Source of the DNA: Escherichia coli
GTDB lineage: Bacteria > Pseudomonadota > Gammaproteobacteria > Enterobacterales > Enterobacteriaceae
Strand: one strand, 5' to 3'
Length of the DNA stretch: 64,000 nt
Assembly: GCF_030013595.1 (NCBI RefSeq)
Contig: NZ_CP122768.1
Numbering within the stretch: the stretch's first letter is position 1; each line of letters starts with the position of its first letter. Below are positions 60,123-64,000 of this stretch, piece after piece. Position numbers and translations under genes: made by a program. Below the pieces are notes generated by a model. It was not told where the DNA came from, did no database searches, and was given only the letters and a program-made list of their open reading frames with translations.

Positions 60123-60815
60123 TTATTTCTGCGCCGGACAGCCATGCTCACTAAACGGCCCAATCATGACCGATGGCCCGAGATATTTCGGCTGGCGATG
60201 GAGGATTTTTGCGTCAATCACCGCGCTGACTCTGGCGAGTTTCTCCCGTAACTGAGTATAAAAACCGTGCTTCATATTGAGGTCTGGCGCGTTAAAGCCG
60301 ATAGCGTCGATGCCGTACTGTTTTGCCAGCCAGATGGCGCGTTGGTTATGAAATTCTTGCGAAATAATGGTGATATGGTTTTCCCCAAACACCTTTTTGG
60401 CACGCACCACCGAATCAAGCGTTGAGAATCCGGCATAGTCGCAGAAGATCACTTTCGCCGGTACGCCTTTAGCGATCAAAGCCTGCTGCATACCTGAGGC
60501 TTCATCGTAATTTTTACGTCCGTTATCGCCACTTACCAGTAGCCATTTCACTTTTCCGGCGTGGTACAACGCTGCTGCAGTATCAATACGTCGGGTAAAG
60601 TAGCGATTACCCGGCCTCGCCCCCAGCAATAAACCCACGTTCCGCGCCGGAACGGCGTTGACATCGCTCCAGGTCAGTTGTTGGCTGGCGTTGACCATAA
60701 CGCGATCGGCAATAAAAATGGTTGCTCCTGCTATAAGCAGCAATAAACAGCCAATCTTAAGAGTCCGGCGAGAAAAACAAATACGGAGAAGAAGGCGGGC
60801 AAAGGCGCGCAGCAT
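60123..60815 (-). CDS. ygjQ: DUF218 (SanA-like) membrane-anchored protein YgjQ (230 aa)
   Basis: ORF 60123..60815; N-terminal TM helix. Confidence 0.8.
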   Translation of the reverse strand: MLRAFARLLLRICFSRRTLKIGCLLLLIAGATIFIADRVMVNASQQLTWSDVNAVPARNVGLLLGARPGNRYFTRRIDTAAALYHAGKVKWLLVSGDNGRKNYDEASGMQQALIAKGVPAKVIFCDYAGFSTLDSVVRAKKVFGENHITIISQEFHNQRAIWLAKQYGIDAIGFNAPDLNMKHGFYTQLREKLARVSAVIDAKILHRQPKYLGPSVMIGPFSEHGCPAQK

Positions 60816-60891
60816 GGTCGTTATCCTTAACGAAAAGGGGGAGGTCGATTTTAGGCGCTAAAGGAAGAAAAGATAACGCCTGACATCATTT

Positions 60892-61395
60892 TCAGATTTT
60901 GTCCTGCCCAAGCGACAACTGCGTTAGCCACAGCCGGGTGTCGAACTCAAGCTGGTGGTACTGCGGCTCCATATGGCAGCACAATTGATAGAACGCTTTG
61001 TTATGCTCTTTCTCCTTCAGGTGCGCCAACTCGTGCACCACGATCATGCGCAAAAACGGTTCCGGCGCGTTGCGAAACACGGTAGCGACGCGGATCTCTG
61101 CTTTTGCTTTCAGCTTGCCGCCCTGCACACGCGAAACAGCGGTATGTAACCCGAGCGCGTTTTTTAGCACGTGGATCTTATTGTCATACATCACTTTATT
61201 GATCGGCGGGGCATTGCGCAGAAACTGATTTTTAAGATCTTGGGTATATTGCCAGAGGGCTTTATCGGTGGCGTAGTCGTGTGTTCCCGGATAACGTTTT
61301 GCCAGCACATCGCCCAGACGCTGTTCGTTAATCAGCGTTCGCACCTGGGAAAGTAGCTGGTCGGGATAACCCTGAAGATAAGTAAGATTGCTCAT
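60892..61395 (-). CDS. ygjP: Predicted metal-dependent hydrolase YgjP (HExxH, 167 aa)
   Basis: ORF track 60892..61431; start trimmed to [12 protein letters not shown]; zinc-binding motif HELAHL. Confidence 0.75.
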   Translation of the reverse strand: MSNLTYLQGYPDQLLSQVRTLINEQRLGDVLAKRYPGTHDYATDKALWQYTQDLKNQFLRNAPPINKVMYDNKIHVLKNALGLHTAVSRVQGGKLKAKAEIRVATVFRNAPEPFLRMIVVHELAHLKEKEHNKAFYQLCCHMEPQYHQLEFDTRLWLTQLSLGQDKI

Positions 61396-61479
61396 AACCG
61401 CCCACGAAAAAGAGAAAAAGGGTATACTCACGCACCCTTTTCAGGGGCAACGTCGAAATTTTATCATTCAGGAGGGCCG

Positions 61480-62616
61480 ATGAGCCACTTAGACAACGGT
61501 TTCCGTTCACTGACACTACAACGTTTTCCGGCGACGGATGACGTTAACCCGCTACAGGCGTGGGAAGCGGCGGATGAGTATCTGCTGCAACAGTTGGACG
61601 ACACAGAGATCCGCGGCCCGGTGTTAATCCTGAATGATGCTTTTGGTGCGTTAAGCTGTGCGCTGGCGGAACATAAGCCCTACAGCATTGGTGACTCATA
61701 CATCAGTGAACTGGCCACGCGCGAGAATTTACGCCTCAACGGGATTGATGAGTCGAGCGTGAAGTTTCTCGACAGCACCGCCGACTACCCGCAACAGCCG
61801 GGTGTGGTGCTGATCAAAGTACCCAAAACACTGGCGTTGCTGGAACAACAACTGCGTGCGCTGCGCAAAGTCGTCACGCCGGATACACGTATTATTGCCG
61901 GTGCCAAAGCCCGTGACATCCACACTTCCACGCTGGAACTGTTCGAAAAAATGCTCGGCCCGACCACCACCACGCTGGCATGGAAGAAGGCACGCTTAAT
62001 TAACTGTACTTTCAACGAGCCGCCGCTGGCCGATGCGCCGCAGACCGTTAGCTGGAAACTGGAAGGTACTGACTGGACTATCCACAACCATGCGAATGTC
62101 TTCTCCCGCACCGGGCTGGATATTGGCGCGCGCTTCTTTATGCAGCATCTGCCAGAGAATCTCGAAGGTGAGATTGTCGATCTCGGTTGTGGTAATGGCG
62201 TTATTGGTCTGACGCTGCTTGATAAAAACCCGCAGGCGAAAGTGGTGTTTGTCGATGAATCGCCGATGGCGGTTGCTTCCAGCCGTTTGAACGTTGAAAC
62301 CAACATGCCAGAGGCGTTGGATCGCTGCGAGTTTATGATCAACAACGCGCTCTCCGGCGTGGAGCCTTTCCGCTTTAATGCTGTGCTCTGCAACCCGCCG
62401 TTTCATCAGCAACATGCGCTGACCGATAACGTCGCCTGGGAGATGTTCCACCACGCCCGCCGCTGTCTGAAAATCAACGGCGAGCTGTATATCGTTGCCA
62501 ACCGTCACCTGGATTACTTCCATAAACTGAAGAAGATTTTCGGCAACTGCACCACCATCGCCACGAATAATAAATTTGTGGTGCTGAAAGCAGTGAAGCT
62601 GGGGCGTCGTCGGTAA
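61480..62616 (+). CDS. rlmG: 23S rRNA m2G1835 methyltransferase RlmG (378 aa)
   Basis: ORF 61480..62616; tandem methyltransferase domains, SAM-binding motif VDLGCGNGV and NPPFH catalytic motif. Confidence 0.9.
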   Translation: MSHLDNGFRSLTLQRFPATDDVNPLQAWEAADEYLLQQLDDTEIRGPVLILNDAFGALSCALAEHKPYSIGDSYISELATRENLRLNGIDESSVKFLDSTADYPQQPGVVLIKVPKTLALLEQQLRALRKVVTPDTRIIAGAKARDIHTSTLELFEKMLGPTTTTLAWKKARLINCTFNEPPLADAPQTVSWKLEGTDWTIHNHANVFSRTGLDIGARFFMQHLPENLEGEIVDLGCGNGVIGLTLLDKNPQAKVVFVDESPMAVASSRLNVETNMPEALDRCEFMINNALSGVEPFRFNAVLCNPPFHQQHALTDNVAWEMFHHARRCLKINGELYIVANRHLDYFHKLKKIFGNCTTIATNNKFVVLKAVKLGRRR

Positions 62617-62624
62617 GATTGGCA

Positions 62625-62722
62625 GCTACCTGCCAGATAAGGCGTAAACGCCTTATCTGGCATACGTTCAGCACATTACCCCCAGGTCGGATAAGACGCG
62701 GCAAGCGTCGCATCCGGCACTT
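62625..62722. repeat. REP/BIME cluster between rlmG and fadH
   Basis: tgccagataaggcgtaaacgccttatctggcat and ggtcggataagacgcggcaagcgtcgcatccggcac match the PU consensus pattern. Confidence 0.55.
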
Positions 62723-62733
62723 CAATGCACGAT

Positions 62734-64000
62734 TTAAATCTCCAGCGCCAGCCGTGTTCCTTGGGCAATTGCCCGTCGTGCGTCCAGCTCCATAGCTACA
62801 TCGCAGCCGCCAATTAAATGCACAGTTTTCCCGCTATCAATCAGCGGTTGCGCCAGCGCGCGGTTTGGCTCTTGCCCTGCGCAGATCACCACATTGTCCA
62901 CTGCTAATACCTGCGTTTCGCCGTTGATCACCACATGCAGCCCGTCATCGTCGATCTTCTGATAACTTACGCCTGGGATCATTTTCACGCCGCGCGAGAG
63001 CAAGGTGGTGCGATGGATCCAGCCGGTGGTTTTGCCTAACCCCTGTCCCGGTTTGCTGGCTTTGCGCTGGAGCATCACAATCTGCCGTGGGCTACGCGGG
63101 ATCTGCATTCCCTGCGGGCTTAAGCCACCAGCCTGTTGCAGGCTGCTGTCGATCCCCCACTCATTACAGAACTCGGCAATGTTCTTGCTGGTGGACTCAC
63201 CCGGCTGACTTAAAAACATCGCCGTATCAAAACCAATCCCGCCACAACCGATGATTGCTACCTTTTTGCCCACAGGCGCTTTGTCGCGCAGTACGTCGAG
63301 ATAACTCAACACCTTCGGATGATCGATTCCGTCGATAGGTGGAATGCGCGGTACGATCCCGCTAGCGAGGATCGTTTCATCGAACGACTGTAACTGATCC
63401 GCCGTCACGGTGTGATTGAGTTTCAGCGTCACGCCTGTTACTTCGATCATCCGGCGGTAATAGCGCAGCGTTTCGTAAAACTCCTCTTTGCCAGGGATCT
63501 GTTTGGCGATATTAAACTGACCGCCGATCTCACTGTGAGCATCAAACAACGTTACCTGATGACCACGTGCCGCCGCGTTAATGGCAAACGCCAGCCCAGC
63601 CGGACCAGCGCCGACCACCGCCAGATTTTTTTTCTGCACGGCGGGAAGGATCGGCATTTTGGTTTCGTGGCAGGCGCGAGGATTCACCAGGCACGAGGTG
63701 ACTTTGCCCACGAAGATCTGATCGAGGCAGGCTTGATTGCAGCCAATACAGGTGTTGATCTCATCGGCTCGCCCTGATTGCGCTTTTGACAGCAGTTCCG
63801 CATCAGCAAGAAACGGTCGCGCCATCGATACCATATCGGCATCACCGCGCGAGAGAATGTCGTCGGCAACCTGCGGATCGTTAATCCGGTTGGTGGTCAC
63901 CAGCGGCAGCGAGACGTGGCCTTTCAGTTTGCGCGTGACCCAGCTAAATGCGCCGCGCGGCACGGGCGTGGCGATGGTCGGAATACGCGCTTCATGCCAG
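62734..64000 (-). CDS. fadH: 2,4-dienoyl-CoA reductase FadH, C-terminal two-thirds (gene continues past window end)
   Basis: ORF track 62734..63963 is the 3' part; FAD/NAD(P)-binding GxGxxG motifs (VVGAGPAGLAFA, IIGCGGIGFD); reading frame stays open to the window edge. Confidence 0.85.
   Translation of the reverse strand, partial: WHEARIPTIATPVPRGAFSWVTRKLKGHVSLPLVTTNRINDPQVADDILSRGDADMVSMARPFLADAELLSKAQSGRADEINTCIGCNQACLDQIFVGKVTSCLVNPRACHETKMPILPAVQKKNLAVVGAGPAGLAFAINAAARGHQVTLFDAHSEIGGQFNIAKQIPGKEEFYETLRYYRRMIEVTGVTLKLNHTVTADQLQSFDETILASGIVPRIPPIDGIDHPKVLSYLDVLRDKAPVGKKVAIIGCGGIGFDTAMFLSQPGESTSKNIAEFCNEWGIDSSLQQAGGLSPQGMQIPRSPRQIVMLQRKASKPGQGLGKTTGWIHRTTLLSRGVKMIPGVSYQKIDDDGLHVVINGETQVLAVDNVVICAGQEPNRALAQPLIDSGKTVHLIGGCDVAMELDARRAIAQGTRLALEI

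Noticed and set aside
61785-62523. Two overlapping antisense ORFs (202 and 175 aa) inside rlmG
   Set aside because: Opposite strand of a confidently identified methyltransferase gene; no independent support.

Overview
This window is a contiguous stretch of Escherichia coli chromosome, from yhbO to fadH, in reverse-complement orientation relative to K-12 MG1655 (roughly 3.23-3.30 Mb there). Gene identities come from reading the translations and recalling the proteins and K-12 gene order; no database search or alignment was run. About 70 core genes are recognisable: yhbO, yraRQ, dolP, diaA, yraN, lpoA, rsmI, the aga N-acetylgalactosamine/galactosamine cluster, prlF-yhaV, garD/garPLRK, rnpB, yhaCB, tdcR, tdcABCDEFG, yhaOM, yhaLKJIH, yqjGFKEDC, mzrA, yqjA, exuRT, uxaCA, ygjV, sstT, alx with its leader, ygjRQP, rlmG and fadH. 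The strain is clearly not K-12. Its aga locus is intact (full agaA, agaF, agaE, agaW), the yraHIJK fimbrial operon is missing between rsmI and agaI, higBA is missing between rlmG and fadH, and a 1432-bp IS3-family element (IS1397-like) sits inside a REP palindrome between yhaM and yhaL. yhaH carries an apparent 1-nt frameshift, and a GC-rich multi-hairpin element of unknown identity lies between sstT and alx. I found no CRISPR array, prophage, or convincing novel multi-gene system; the region looks like well-characterised core genome with a few strain-specific differences.
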